64,000 nucleotides of DNA. It comes from Fimbriosthenelais zetlandica. Lineage: Eukaryota. The stretch spans positions 19,034,001 through 19,098,000 of the forward strand of contig OZ365110.1 of the NCBI GenBank assembly GCA_977030845.1, read 5' to 3'. Below the pieces are notes generated by a model. That model was not told the origin of the DNA, did not search any database, and saw nothing but the letters and a program-made list of their open reading frames with translations. Shown piece by piece: positions 23,001 through 33,730 of this stretch. Position 1 is the first letter of the stretch; each line of letters opens with the position of its first letter. A program made the translations under genes and the position numbers.

Positions 23001-26000
23001 AGGTATGCCCTCATGTGCACCTGCTTCTGCACACGAGCAGTACATATTGAGCTGCTCGAAGACATGTCCACTGACAGCTTTATAAATGGACTCAGATGTC
23101 TGCTGTCAATACGTGGGGAAGTGAGGAAGCTCTTCTGTGACAATGGTACCAACTTCGTCGGTGCCTCTAATGAACTCGGCGATGGCCTCAACAATCTGAA
23201 AGTAGAACTGATTGAATTGTTTTTGGCACACCGCCAATGTGAATTTGTTTTCAATGTTCCCTACGCATCTCACAAGGGTGGTGTCTGGGAACGCCAAATT
23301 CGGTCAGCTAGAGCAATTCTGGCTGATATTCTAGACGTCGCGACAGGCCGCTTGACAGATGGAGGCCTACGTACTGTTCTGTATGAAGCTTCAGCAATAA
23401 TCAACAGCAGACCACTTGCTCCTCTCGATATGTCAGATCCCATTGCTGAGCCTCTTACGCCGAACCACATGCTGCATCTCAAGGCAGGCCCTATACTGCC
23501 CCCTCCTGGACATTTCCCTAAAGAAGACCTCTTCTCAGCAAAGCAGTGGAGAAGAGTACAGCACATCATGGAAGTATTCTGGAGCAGGTGGCGTAAAGAG
23601 TATGTTGCTGCTTTACAAACAAGACAACGCTGGTCTACAGCACGTCGCAACATGCAAGTTGGCGATGTAGTGCTAATGAAAGATGATGATTATCCTCGCC
23701 CTCTATGGCCATTAGGTCTGATCATTGAAGCACCTCGTGACGAAGATGATCTAGTCAGGAAAGTGAAAGTGAGAGTTGCTCGCAGAGAGCAAGGTGCTAA
23801 AGGACAAAAGGGTAAATATAGTGAAGTCACTCGAGGAGTCCATAGAGTTGTGTTATTGGTTCCCGCTAACAACCCAGGTGCTGTGTAATGTCCACATGAA
23901 CACATTACTTCTTCATGAACATTCATAATTTGTGAATTCAGGTTTACCATCTACCTAATTTTAAGGTTTAAATAAGTCCATATTATAAACTGTAATCATA
24001 TTCTCAGATTAATATGCACAACTCAACATGTAGAGTTGTTTTTTTGGTTCTTTAAATACATGTACTATGTATTAAGGTTTCTACAAATTCAGTCATTAAA
24101 TACTAGTCTTAACAAGTCATTTGTAACAGGTTCATAAACCTATTGTGGTATTGTCACATATCTAATGTTACCTAAGCATACTGTATCAAGGTAAATCTTC
24201 CTTTATCTGCTCAGGTTTATATTTTAATCAAAGTTAAATGGTGCTAAAACTAAAGTGCAAAATGTTTAAATTTAGGTGGGAGTGTATCTACCCGTAAATA
24301 TTCTTCATGTAAATTTAATCTAGTGTCAGTTTCTTGTACTAAAGGGTGGAACTCTCCTATTTGTGGAGGCGTTATTGTTACTAACTTCCGGTCAATCAAC
24401 TTCCGGTCATTTGCTTATCTCCCTCCCGCGTGGTTATCTCTGCCTTTTGAACACGCGCCACCGCCGAGTCAACATCGTCTCAAATATTCCTCTCCATCCA
24501 CATTCATATACAGTGGTAAATATCTATTACTATTACTGGCATTTCTTCCCTTATGCACATTCAAGTCATTTGTCGTTTATCATTAACTAGTTATTCTGTG
24601 CTTTTAAAAGTGTGTTTTATATAAGTTTCTTACAACTTGTTCATTCGTTTAAACTTCAGTTGTACAATTCGGTTGATGAGAAAGCCAAGCAATAAAGAAC
24701 ACCAAAACCATTACAACTAGCTGTCTTGTCGCACGGATTCGTTATAAATGAGCAACAATGAGTAAAAACGGACAGGGGGGAATACAGTGACAAATACCAC
24801 AGATTGCACAAGCAATTCTGGTAGATTTTTGAATTCATGTACCGGGTACCAACTGTAGCAATTCATGAAAAGAATGGTGAATGTTAGTATTAATTAGTAA
24901 TAATTGAATTATATTAGACAGTTTTGGTCACAGATTTGGATTATGTTAATGATGCGTGAATTGGTCATGAATTTTATGAATTGATCATGAAAATTATGAC
25001 AGACAGAAAGCTCCAATGTAATTTGTTAACCAATTTCTGTCTCCATGGCCAGTCATGAATATTTATGTCCTTTCTAAATCACGACGCTATTTTATTTTTT
25101 TTACGTTTGCAGAGGTCAGACACGGTCGCATCGGAGTGGGAATGGGGGCAATGTAGTCACATACATTTGTCTAAAGGCGTGAGGCGCGGTCATTTAGTAC
25201 ACAAAAGTAATTAGTTTTTACGACTAAATTGACAGCTAACAAGTTGGCTCATGGAACCTAAGTTTGAAGTAAACTGAACTGAATGTCTGGCTAACAGAAA
25301 ACCAGGCATAAGACGTGCTTGAAATATTAATGAATAATTAAATGACTATTTTTAACTACTTTTTGAAGGTTAGTGGGTTATGAATCTCAGGATGATTTTC
25401 TTCAGATTGCTGATGGAATCTCAAAATCGACCAAGAATGGTCTAATGATAGAAATTGCTCTAAACTGCTAAATTTTCCAGCGCAATGTTGTGTATCGCCT
25501 CACCCCCTAATGAAGATAACAAAATAACCAATTTAAATGTAAACATATTCGCACTTTAACCAGCATTTGGTATTTATGGTAAGCATGTAGGAATCTAAAA
25601 TTGTGTAATTGTGTATTTCATAGATCTTTATTAACTATTAAGCGTTGATTACAGTTTAGTTGTTTTATTCCTCCATAGTATATATGATGATTATTGGTAC
25701 AATGCTCAAATACACAATCAAATGCATGGCATGCAAAAAGGGCTCAGAGCAACATGCTCTCTAGGAATCAAGTGGTTTTTGAGCACCCAGAGTGTGGGCT
25801 TTGCAGCTCTTATATACCCCTGACACAAAGGTTATTGCATCAGACTATCATATGGTATAGGGCTTTTCTATGGGTTTCAATGTTAAACTCCTATTCAATA
25901 TGGCGAGTGCTCGAGCAGGGTCTTGCTCGAGTCACGTAGTACAGGACACAATATGGCATAGGGACTTTCAATGGGATTCAACGCCTATTCAATATTGTAA

Positions 26001-29000
26001 GTGGAGATGAATATTGTAAGTGGAGCTCAATATTGTAAGTGGAGCAGGAGCAGGAGGAGGGGCGTCCTGGTGGGAGCAGACCCCCGCCTATGTCATTACA
26101 TTGCCCACTTATGGTAGAGTGATTATTATGGGGTAATTGAATATAATGCTTAATGAATTCTCATCAAGGCCTGTTTCATTTCACGAAAAGAACAACACCA
26201 AATACTAAATAAGTATTTTGACTAATACTGGTTACACAAATTATTAATTAGGTGCATGCATTTTATGGGATTAAAATACATAGTATGACGAGTTTGCTTC
26301 GGGCTTAATTCCAAACGACCAATAGTGGTATCATTACGTGATAGGATGCTAATAACACATCCCAGGGGAGGGGAGGCCATATACAACAGTTCTGACTCGG
26401 CCGTCCCCTAGGAGGGAGCGCAGGGAGTGGATAGAGTTAGAGCATCTCGATCTAGTAATTGCTGAACACGTGAGAAAGCGTCTTTATGCGCGGACCGGTA
26501 GCGACCAGGCCCAACCCGTTTTTTTTACAATTCATGCCAGGTTTTTTACAACGCATGCCAGGTTTTTTACAATTCATGCCAGGTTTTTTACAACGCATGC
26601 CAGGTTTTTTTTACAACGCATGCCAGGTTTTTTACAATTCATGCCAGGTTTTTTTACAACGCATGCCAGGTTTTTGGTGGAGGGGCACATAATTATGAAA
26701 TTTGAGACTTACCCAGACATGATGAGGAAGCCTGAGCTTGTAGCCTCAGCCACAGGGTAGGTACATTCTACAGCCAATTCTAAACACACGGGGTAGGTAG
26801 CGAATCCGAAGAAACCAAAGAGAGCCACAGAAATAGCGATCAGTACCTCCTGCTCTCTGTATCGACTCACCTGGAACAAAGTAATATTTTCAGAACTTCT
26901 GATCGATATGTGTCAGAAAGTCGGACATTGTCTCTTTTATCTTGGCATGCCATAAACCTAAATTTAATATTATAAAACATTAAAATTGTTTATACTCCGA
27001 CTATAAAAGCTATCACAGATCAACTAGATGCAAATTGTTAAAGCTTTATATCTACATTGTATATTCTCTACACTCACAGAGAACTGAACAGGGAAATGGA
27101 AGAAATTCTGACTTACCAAAGTGAAAAATACGAAGGCAATGGCGGCCATGCTGTAGGAAACTTTGGCTACCTCTTCAAATTTCTTTGTTTTGTCGACATA
27201 GAATCCAGCAAAGGCAGCACCAATGACACCGAATCCAATGAGCAAGGCTCCAGTGATACCGGCAAAAGACTGAAATACAAACATTCCAACTCATATTTAT
27301 TTAAATCTATTTTTTATATACCACCAATGTCATACAAAAGTGATTCTAGATGGGTGGGTTAAATGGACCACCGGTTGTTTCAGAAGATCTTCGTTATCGT
27401 AGACTAATGTTAGACTTACATCAGAATAGCCTTGTACACAAAGGATCTGTTCCAGGAGCGTAGAAAGGGCTGTGAAAACAGCCATACCCACTCCAAACAC
27501 CCAGGCCAGCAACCAGTAAGGCTTGTCTTTGGATATCTGTCAGAAGAGTTAATATCATTATGTTTTTTTATAACGAACTGGCTGATGGAAAATACAGTCC
27601 AAAGGTTCTGTCTAGATGTGTTATATAGTGGCATATGGCTCCGTGAAATGAATACTGGAGATAGGGTATATATAAAGTGAGTGCGAACATTTTTTTATCC
27701 TGAGCGATAAATATAAAATAGCCCAAGGGATTAACTTATAATGTATACCGTACGTAGAAAACAATCCTATAGTCATACATAAATATAAAAATACAGTAAG
27801 ACATAAATCAAATAGACAATAAGACATAAATCAAAATTAATATTGATTATGGTAATAATAAGTAGGAAGAAAAATCCCTACCCGTGCCATTCCCTACTAA
27901 GTCCTATGGTTGGAATCTGGCAGTAAGAATGGGCAGACCTCTGCCCTATATAGGTCTAGAATTAGAATTTTTAATGTGTTCAGCTGCTGGCCAAACAATT
28001 ACGAGCAATTACCCTGCGCGACCACGTGGCAGCAGAAAGCAAATGGCCATACATAATTTTGTCACTTTGTATTAATGTGAGTGGTGTGTATTCCCCACTT
28101 GAAATCCATGAAATGAAGGAGCAGTCCATCTGTAAACATAATAGATAATTAAATTGTCCTGCATGGTTGGGTGAAGACCCCTCCTTGTTCCACTAGGGTT
28201 TATGGCCTTTTATGGTCCTTTTAGGATGCTTTCATGCAATATGCACGCGACTGCACGCGAGTAGGTATCTGAGGATCCGCAGGGACCTATGAGGATAATG
28301 GTTATACAAGTGTATTCCCCACTTGAAATCCATGAAATGAAGGAGCAGTCCATCTGTAAACATAATAGATAATTAAATTGTCCTGCATGGTTGGGTGAAG
28401 ACCCCTCCTTGTTCCACTAGGGTTTATGGCCTTTTATGGTCCTTTTAGGATGCTTTCATGCAATATGCACGCGACTGCACGCGAGTAGGTATCTGAGGAT
28501 CCACAGGGACCTATGAGGATAATGGTTATACCATATATAAAGCAGAAATCTGGCCGACCAGGGGAGACATGAAGGCCCTAACCCAGGGGCCGACACTATA
28601 TTCTCCAGAAAAGAAAAATTGACTAAATAAAATTACCTTCTTCAGGCCCTCAACGAATGGTTCGGAGAGTTCGGCAGCACTAGATGTGGGTGGGGTCGGG
28701 GGTGTAGAACTACAGATTCCAAATGTTGCCATGAGAGTACCAAGAGCAGCTGGTACAGTGAAGAGAGACATCTGAAGAACAGGAGTGAACCTTCTTACTA
28801 ATTAAAATTTATGTATTAGAACCTGTTGAACCCGAAAAAAAGTCTTGAAAAAGATTCCTGGTAAGTTCGAAAACGAAATATAAGTTTACTTACAAGGAGC
28901 AGCATTTGATTTGCATTTTTCACAATCACAGGCGAGAGGATGTTGGCGAGTAATATCCCAAGCGGGTTTGCTGCAAAAGGACGCATTCAGGATAGTAAGT

Positions 29001-32000
29001 GTGACCATACTGGTCGGCATATGACAACTACCTGACTGACTACATTGCAGAAGAGTCCCTTTATCAAAGTTTATGGGTCCCTTTATTACCCAGAGTTGGG
29101 GTGGTGTATTGTGGGGGCGGGGGACGCTTAGAATCAATGTGGGTCACAATATCAAGGAGAAAGGGTTGCTAACTGCTAACATCAAGGACATTGAAATCTG
29201 AGGGAATGTCTAATGAATGGGAGGCAGGCTACTATTGGAGGTTAAAAATATGCAGGAAACCAGGCATTACCGCAACTACCATTTATATATAACTATAATT
29301 AGTAAGAATTTGTATTAACATAAATGTAAAACGCACGTTTAAATAATTAAATCTAATGAGTTAAAGATAGAGCTCAAATCACATTTAAGTAACAAGTAAC
29401 ATTTCGATACTTACACATTGATGAGAACATGTTAGCAGTCGTTCGTTGGTTTTCTTTGAACCAAACAGCTGCAACTTTTGTGGGTGTGAATAGAAGGAAT
29501 GGCTGAGCGCAGGCTGGCAAGACTTGACCTATCATAACTAGCGGGAATCTCCATGGGCTCGAGACGAAAGATAGCGTGCTGATAACACGAAGAATGGCCC
29601 CGATTAGGTTCATCCATGCAGCACTCAATATCTATCAGGGTATGACAAAATAGGAATGGGCATATTTTTCAACCGAGCCGATTTTTCATTATTTTTTATC
29701 CCGACTTTCACACTGTTGTGTATGCCCCCCCCCCCCCCCCCACCCCCTCCCAAGTGACGTGTTTTTAGTACCTTAGCACCAGTAATGATTCCCGCATGAT
29801 AACTTGGTAATTTAGCCGGGAGCAAATATGGTCTGGTCATATTGTGTTTTAGTTTGAGAATATGGAAAACACTTGCATTTTATAATTATGTATACTTATT
29901 CATGTGCATTATGACATATTGTAAAATAACCAGTATTACCCAGTACACTTAATTGCTGATATTCTTTGTGTAAAATGAAAATGGTCTTGATGAGAATTCA
30001 TTAAGCAAATGTTATATTCAATTAACCCAAGTAGTAGTTGATAATATTAACTCCACCATAAGTGGGTAATGTAATGACGTGAGCAGGAGCCTGCTCCCAC
30101 CAGGACAGGACCCCCACCCCCCACCCACTCCTCCTGCTTCTCCCAGTACTCTATTTGAGTGCAATATTGTATGACAATATGGTAGAAAAATTAACGTTGG
30201 AAACCCTAAGTATAAACACCTAGTCTGGAATGTTAATTGATTCGTGGTTACCTCTTTCTCCCCACCACATTCCTGGTTACCTCCCTTTCCAAGTGACAGA
30301 TGATCTTTAACACCTAGGGCCTAGGGGTCAAGGGTGAACCATATGGGCGATTGGTGGGTTTGACCTCTAGGGTCATAACCCAGACAAAACATGGCATAGA
30401 GACCTCCTTGGAGAAAGAGGTAACCACGAAGACGAGGTGTCCACCGGGCACAGATAACTACACCCTATACTCAACGTTGGGCAGTATCCTTCACCATATT
30501 GTATTGTATATAATTATGTTTCCTGTGACGCGAGCTGCTCGCACTATAATGTGTGAGCACATGTAGTCTGCTATATGGTATACTATGTCATATACACCTA
30601 TGGATGCTGTATATCATGTATAGTGTTTTGTGTGTAAATTTTCTCACCTTTAATAGATGTGTGTGTAGTCCATTCGTGACCAAGTGGTAGTGAGGAGGGG
30701 GAAGGCTTTAGGCATATGGAAACTAAAAAGGGTTGTATAAGTGGGTACTTTATGGGTTGGAAAGGTCGCCAGCCAGAGGAGGCGCCTCCCTTTAGGGTTT
30801 TATGAGTCTTTTATTGTCTCTATGCCTTTAGTAATACAAAGGGCATTTTGATTATTTAATGAGGGTGTTATATGATAATTCTATGTGAGTACTATGTGTG
30901 AATTCTATGAGGATTCGATGGCAAATGTAAGAGAATTGTATGTTAATCTATGGGAATTCTGTGGGATTCTATGGGAATTCTATGGGATTCTATGAGATTT
31001 CTATGGGGATTATAGGGGATTGTAGTGGAATTATATGTGAATCTATGAGAATTGTATGGGATTCCATGGGAGTTCTATGGGAAAAATATGAGGATTCTAT
31101 GGGAATTGGTGCTAAGCCAATCATGGATGGAGCATATATATAAGGCAGGGGAATATTAGTGTGTGTACAAACCTGGCACTGTAACTCTGAACATGGGGAA
31201 GGAATCATACCTCTCATGGATTGATTTGTGGATTTGTATCTTTTGTCTTCTTTGGATATATCGTGATTTGAGAAATAAATGCCAAATTAACGCATTTATG
31301 CCTATTTTATTCACGGAGTCCTGCCGCTATGTGACACATCGTTGTTTTAGTGCGCAGTGAGCACGTACTTTATTTACTGACATGAAGGCCCCATAGGGGG
31401 GCCGACATACTATATGGTAAAAATGTTAGCATTGAAAACCCTATGTTTAGCATTAGTGGGTATCCCCCGCCCTATTGTATCACATATGTTTCATCTGAAA
31501 CACGACAACTTCCCAGATGAAACGGTTGGACACCCCTAGAACGAGGGTGAGATCAGGATTCAGAAGGTGGCAATGGGATCGGGTACAAATCCATATAAAT
31601 CCAAGGCAACAAAAGGTTGAAGCTGCATACTCGTAAATGACTTTATGCTGGTTAACGTAAAATATAATAGGGAAGTATTGTGTAAATATACACAGGGAGG
31701 TGAACTCTATTTGACCTGTATTTACAGCGAATTTTTTTCTTCGCATGATACCGACGCAGGACTCTCAGCGAACTTTGGACTCAAAGGTTAACGCTATAAA
31801 TGTCCTTTCAACCCAAAATAAAGGGTTTAAAAACAATTTTTTTAGAGGAAACCCAAATTCCAGGAGTTTTCAATGAATTATCCAGGATAAAATTTGACTT
31901 TTCAAGGACTATAATCTGGCACATTTTAGGTTTTTCTCAATGGTTTATGTACAAAAAAGAAAAAGACTCAACTGTTTCAGAATCCATACCCATGGGCTCA

Positions 32001-33730
32001 TAATTGACACGTCTGATCCACAGATGCATGATTAAAATGATCAAATCTTTGAGTTTGATATATATTATATAGTCATAGCAAAGGCATTTCTATCAACCAA
32101 AGCATTTTAAGATTTTTTATATGACTTTCCTGGAGTGTGATTTGGTTTCCAGGAAATTCCTACACGTACACTGGAAAACACATTTCTGATGAGTTTCCAG
32201 GATCTGCGAACCCTGATATTTGAAATTCATCAATTATTGCATTTGCATAGAACCATCAGTCATGAGAGCACAGACACTAGAAACCTGTCTCTCTACAGGC
32301 ATAAGTCCAACCTCATGTCCATGATTATCGGACTCATTATGTTTGTTGCCATGCGACACATGTGTACACACACCCACACCCAGCATAGTGAGCATTAAAA
32401 ATAACTTGATCTCATGATAGTGTTGTGTGGCGCAAAAATCTCGCTATTCTGATTAATTACAGAATGTAAAAATGGGGATGGCGCCCGCAGAAATAGTAAA
32501 AAAAGAAAAGAAGGGAAAATATAAGAGACAAAGAAATAGTACACTTACACCAAGGCGCAAACCTATTGTATCGAGGAGCCAGGATGCTAGTAGACCAAAT
32601 GGCAATGTTGCAACAGGGAACGCTAATGATAGCCAATTGACAGAATTAGCGTCAATGCCATAGAAGGTGGCTGTTATGTCTGCTATAGGGGAAAAGGATA
32701 ACCATATCTGCAAGTAACAGAGAAAGGAAAATGTCAATAAATACATAATAAATACCGGGTACCGGTACCCACTTCTTAGGCCGATCATCATGGCCTATAG
32801 AGGCTGGGCCAATAGACAATAGATCATTAATTAAGTCATTGAGGCTCATTTATGCCTAGGATATTACGATAACAAATTATATACGGTACCGGTAGCCCAC
32901 ACAGCATAAAGCACAGAGCAAACCCATCAATCCATACATTTTTTGGGGGCTAGATGCCGAGGTTTACTTAAGAGGCTTAACTCAGGGCGCCCAATACACA
33001 TTAGATCATTGCCATTGGAGGTAAGTTAGGGAAAATGGATCCAGTCCCATTGATTAACATTTATCCCTAAGATACCGATATTAACAAAATTATAACCTAC
33101 TCAGAACAAATTACAACGCAAAACCATCAGTTTGGTATTAGCCTGAATATAAATTTAATATCTTTAACCTAAACCCGAAGAACATTAAGTTAACGATGTG
33201 CCCCATATTATCTCAAGACCCATAATGTGATTCTAAGGTACCGGCCGGTTACGGGTGTCTGCCTACCGTACCACCCACATAAGTCATGTGTCATGCCTCA
33301 TGGGATCATTATCAGTGATATCAGCCAGGACATACCATCCAAATATTATCACCACAATATGTCAATATCAGCAGCCCCGACCCACCCCCAATCAGACTGT
33401 TAATATTTAGCATAAATATAAATATATCGCAGGATTATAATCATAGTTCCATTATTTTTGCTGTAGGCTGTAGGCCGCCTACCCCTGCTTACAGTTCAGT
33501 CTGCAGACTGCTGGCAGTGCCAAGAATAGTGACAGTGAGTTATCGTTGACACTTACCATAGCGTTAGATAGATTCAATATACAAACAACTGCTAGTATAT
33601 ACCATCTCTGCGGGTAATCTACGTATGCTGATTGCCCCTGGGTATGAATATCTGTTGAAGATACAACATAGGAGCCATTATTGGCGGGTAACAGGGGACT
33701 ACGCTCGTCCACTGCTTCCTCACCCGCCAT
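14005..33730 (-). CDS. SLC49A3: MFS transporter SLC49A3 (MFSD7), 499 aa; exons 33730-33557, 32707-32549, 29631-29415, 28970-28894, 28771-28637, 27536-27420, 27269-27117, 26870-26713, 14541-14411, 14183-14005
   Basis: Ten exons splice in frame (1500 nt). Motifs YPQRWYILAVVCILNLSNAM, IWLSFSPIAD, AQPFLLFTPTKVAAVWF, SNPLGILLANILSP, PPTPPTSSA, ELAVECTYPVAEA and FFRCKYRRLQTE match the SLC49A3/MFSD7 subfamily. Confidence 0.9.
16326..16829 (+). repeat. 5' LTR (504 bp)
   Basis: TGTAT...ATACA termini; TATATAA 16661-16667; AATAAA 16734-16739; identical to the 3' LTR except G16350 vs A24307 by visual alignment. Confidence 0.97.
17087..17372 (+). repeat. Imperfect repeats in the retrotransposon 5' leader
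   Basis: atctatgtgcaaactatctaa occurs four times, interleaved with cacggaa(a)ct and tacacccaggatc.ttatatattgtgtattgga blocks. Confidence 0.8.
17412..23888 (+). CDS. BEL/Pao gag-pol polyprotein (2158 aa): Gag, three Zn knuckles, aspartic protease, RT, RNase H, integrase, C-terminal domain
   Basis: CAMCTSLDHPIWKC, CFRCLGPNHSIKRC, CTTCKRRHHTTIH; ALLDTQSDCSYI; HHGVFHP..KIRVVFD and YVDD; HTFSDAS, IPRLELSAA, WTDSKVV, NPADMASRG; HHAG..CVNC, GIDVFGP, DNGTNFVG, GVWERQIR. Order PR-RT-RH-IN is as in BEL/Pao. Confidence 0.97.
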   Translation: MAEQMNASVHEVMEREEDAVTKARSEPAPQTQEIPRRSSRERRLTEKGKALRHEDFVTAWSRFDECYDQLKRTLKDTRTGIKNVQVSEAELSDMVDNVQASLAAVTLAYDKVKAIDVPYGETRRRMDVSKAISNDLLSVLDELTVFDELSEEDKRQLLQRPLLQEFARSVYGSTVSRLNRGSTHLSRRSLHEQQLRGSEHISENHEVNLTITQLSGNIRPPSPISNNAGERQVNVVNAHQTSQSSHGSVHSPLQTQLATAPVRPIATTLQTPQMPAPAPHMSAPAPQMPAPAPHMPPPTSMSAPAPHMPPPTSMSAPAPHMPPPTSMSAPAPHMPPPTSMSAPAPHMPPPTSMSAPAPHMPPPTSMSAPAPHMPPPTSMSAPAPHMPPPTSMSAPAPNMPPPTSMSAPAPHMPPPTSMSAPAPHMPPPTSMSMPGPDMSVPAHHISVPTFLSVPTPHLPTPTAAAMQINPLPTSFPHPSHSFPSPAPSQLSVEATALAQVLCQTVQRNRLPLPSPEPFTGDPLKFIEFKTAFKTLIDTRQIPAGEKMFYLKKYLKGEALEAVSGLFYSSTETAYQLAWRTLEERFGNMFVLQQAHRSKLISWPKVPPKDAAAIRKFADYLKTCLDAMPHIPGLHILNDCSILSQLLEKLPEWCHTKWRRTALDYRDKYQVYPGFSQFVWFVSHEARILNDPAFPASVGREVKQDNQARQHTKRGSTSQRPRGSQTTFSTRNQEASTSTTPQRDTASRHPPCAMCTSLDHPIWKCPDFTEKPVEERIKTVKSKSLCFRCLGPNHSIKRCRSQLRCTTCKRRHHTTIHTDEPQENNISTNQSSRDTQETVVEASSHKVEAGSHSSSTSMIVPVWVRSQGGGQEELCYALLDTQSDCSYITSDMAQKLNLLGTNVNLKLSTLVSTTTEKCEKFVNLVLRGYYSEVKVELDSCYSRPCIPANRDHIPSTETIASYPHLAAVKPCLAPLQDVDISLLIGYDCAKALAPREVITSPEHSSFAVRTDLGWSIVGHADGGSSNSTFRPRVCHRTVAREAPWPSPKDVLAVLESDFTENKPDTVTCSVEDLRFLDHVKNHITTDEEGYIQMPLPFRAPPQISNNKPGALARLQHLKKKMERDSSYKTKYTQFLQETIDHGYAEVAPPLEPEGKTYYIPHHGVFHPQKKEKIRVVFDCSTKSHGTSLNDILLKGPDLINALIGILIRFRLGPVAFIGDVEKMFLQFRVPEEDRDLLRFLWWPNGDLNQGPIAYRMKVHLFGAASSPACANYGLKHLATSKQELFPKGSHFLLRNTYVDDAIQSVMTADQAIEVIREARELCATANIRLHKFVSNCPRVMESIPPSERAPIPTSISLNGDPELVEKTLGIQWKVSQDCFAFAVTPKEAPASRRGVLATVASIYDPLGFIAPVILQGKIILQALCITGSGWDDTLTPELQSRWEQWKHALKTLCEINIPRCIRPAAPPEARYELHTFSDASSHGYGVCSYLRVVVPGQETNCNLVLAKARVAPKRYVSIPRLELSAATTAVKICRVVLGELDLGDIEVHYWTDSKVVLAYLQNETRRFHVFVANRLQCIRDNSNLDQWHYVPTQQNPADMASRGCNPTTLKNSCWFEGPEFLQQDVLPDFNTTLPNLVGDPEVKASVMTADATEERKSLLERLERFSSWTIAIQAIARLRRVLKSRQPLTVEYQQAEVVVLKMLQDQYYKSILKSLSSKAPTSVPSNDPLFNLNPVLNKDGLLCVGGRLQNADQLESVKSPKILPKHAHVTKLIVLHIHGKIHHAGKGQTLAALREAGYWVTGGSKYVADLIKNCVNCHKIRRPCEEQKMADLPSERVNPSPPFLYTGIDVFGPFIVRRARSQIKRYALMCTCFCTRAVHIELLEDMSTDSFINGLRCLLSIRGEVRKLFCDNGTNFVGASNELGDGLNNLKVELIELFLAHRQCEFVFNVPYASHKGGVWERQIRSARAILADILDVATGRLTDGGLRTVLYEASAIINSRPLAPLDMSDPIAEPLTPNHMLHLKAGPILPPPGHFPKEDLFSAKQWRRVQHIMEVFWSRWRKEYVAALQTRQRWSTARRNMQVGDVVLMKDDDYPRPLWPLGLIIEAPRDEDDLVRKVKVRVARREQGAKGQKGKYSEVTRGVHRVVLLVPANNPGAV
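18273..18705 (+). repeat. 39-bp coding minisatellite, 11 copies (MSAPAPHMPPPTS), within gag
   Basis: Unit atgtcagctcctgctccccacatgcctccgccaactagc repeated almost perfectly. Confidence 0.95.
24283..24786 (+). repeat. 3' LTR (504 bp)
   Basis: Direct repeat of 16326-16829, preceded by the polypurine tract and followed by TSD GTGAC. Confidence 0.97.
26048..26184 (+). repeat. Dispersed repeat copy A (inverted relative to copy B at 29970-30140)
   Basis: Perfect reverse-complement blocks, e.g. tgcttaatgaattctcatcaa (26147-26167) vs 29987-30007, and gtcctggtgggagcag vs ctgctcccaccaggac. Confidence 0.8.
26518..26675. repeat. ~21-24-bp minisatellite, 7 copies (ttttttacaa[ttc/cgc]atgccagg)
   Basis: Direct reading of the sequence; two unit variants roughly alternate. 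Confidence 0.9.
28086..28531. repeat. Near-perfect tandem duplication, period 224 bp, in SLC49A3 intron 5
   Basis: gtgtattccccacttgaaatcc starts at 28086 and 28310; the copies differ at about one position (ccgcag/ccacag). Confidence 0.92.
29970..30140 (-). repeat. Dispersed repeat copy B (inverted relative to 26048-26184)
   Basis: Collinear reverse-complement similarity to copy A, with small indels. Confidence 0.8.
30241..30430. repeat. 190-bp element bounded by a perfect 21-bp inverted repeat (MITE-like/foldback)
   Basis: ttcgtggttacctctttctcc (30241-30261) is the reverse complement of ggagaaagaggtaaccacgaa (30410-30430); no convincing TSD. Confidence 0.6.
30890..31110. repeat. Degenerate 10-11-bp tandem repeat (ctatggga[a]tt)
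   Basis: About 20 imperfect units of ctatgggaatt/ctatgggatt/ctatgagatt. Confidence 0.8.

Larger units (their letters stand above)
16326..24786 (+). mobile_element. Full-length BEL/Pao LTR retrotransposon, 8461 bp, in intron 8 of SLC49A3, antisense to the host
   Basis: Paired 504-bp LTRs (TG..CA), 5-bp TSD GTGAC at 16321-16325 and 24787-24791, PPT aggtgggag before the 3' LTR, and an uninterrupted gag-pol ORF. Confidence 0.97.

Noticed and set aside
26518-26675. CRISPR-like regularly repeated units
   Set aside because: Eukaryotic intron, no unique spacers and no cas genes; it is a simple minisatellite.
31740-31792. piggyBac-like end (..ggactcaaagg-TTAA)
   Set aside because: No matching opposite terminus was found nearby.
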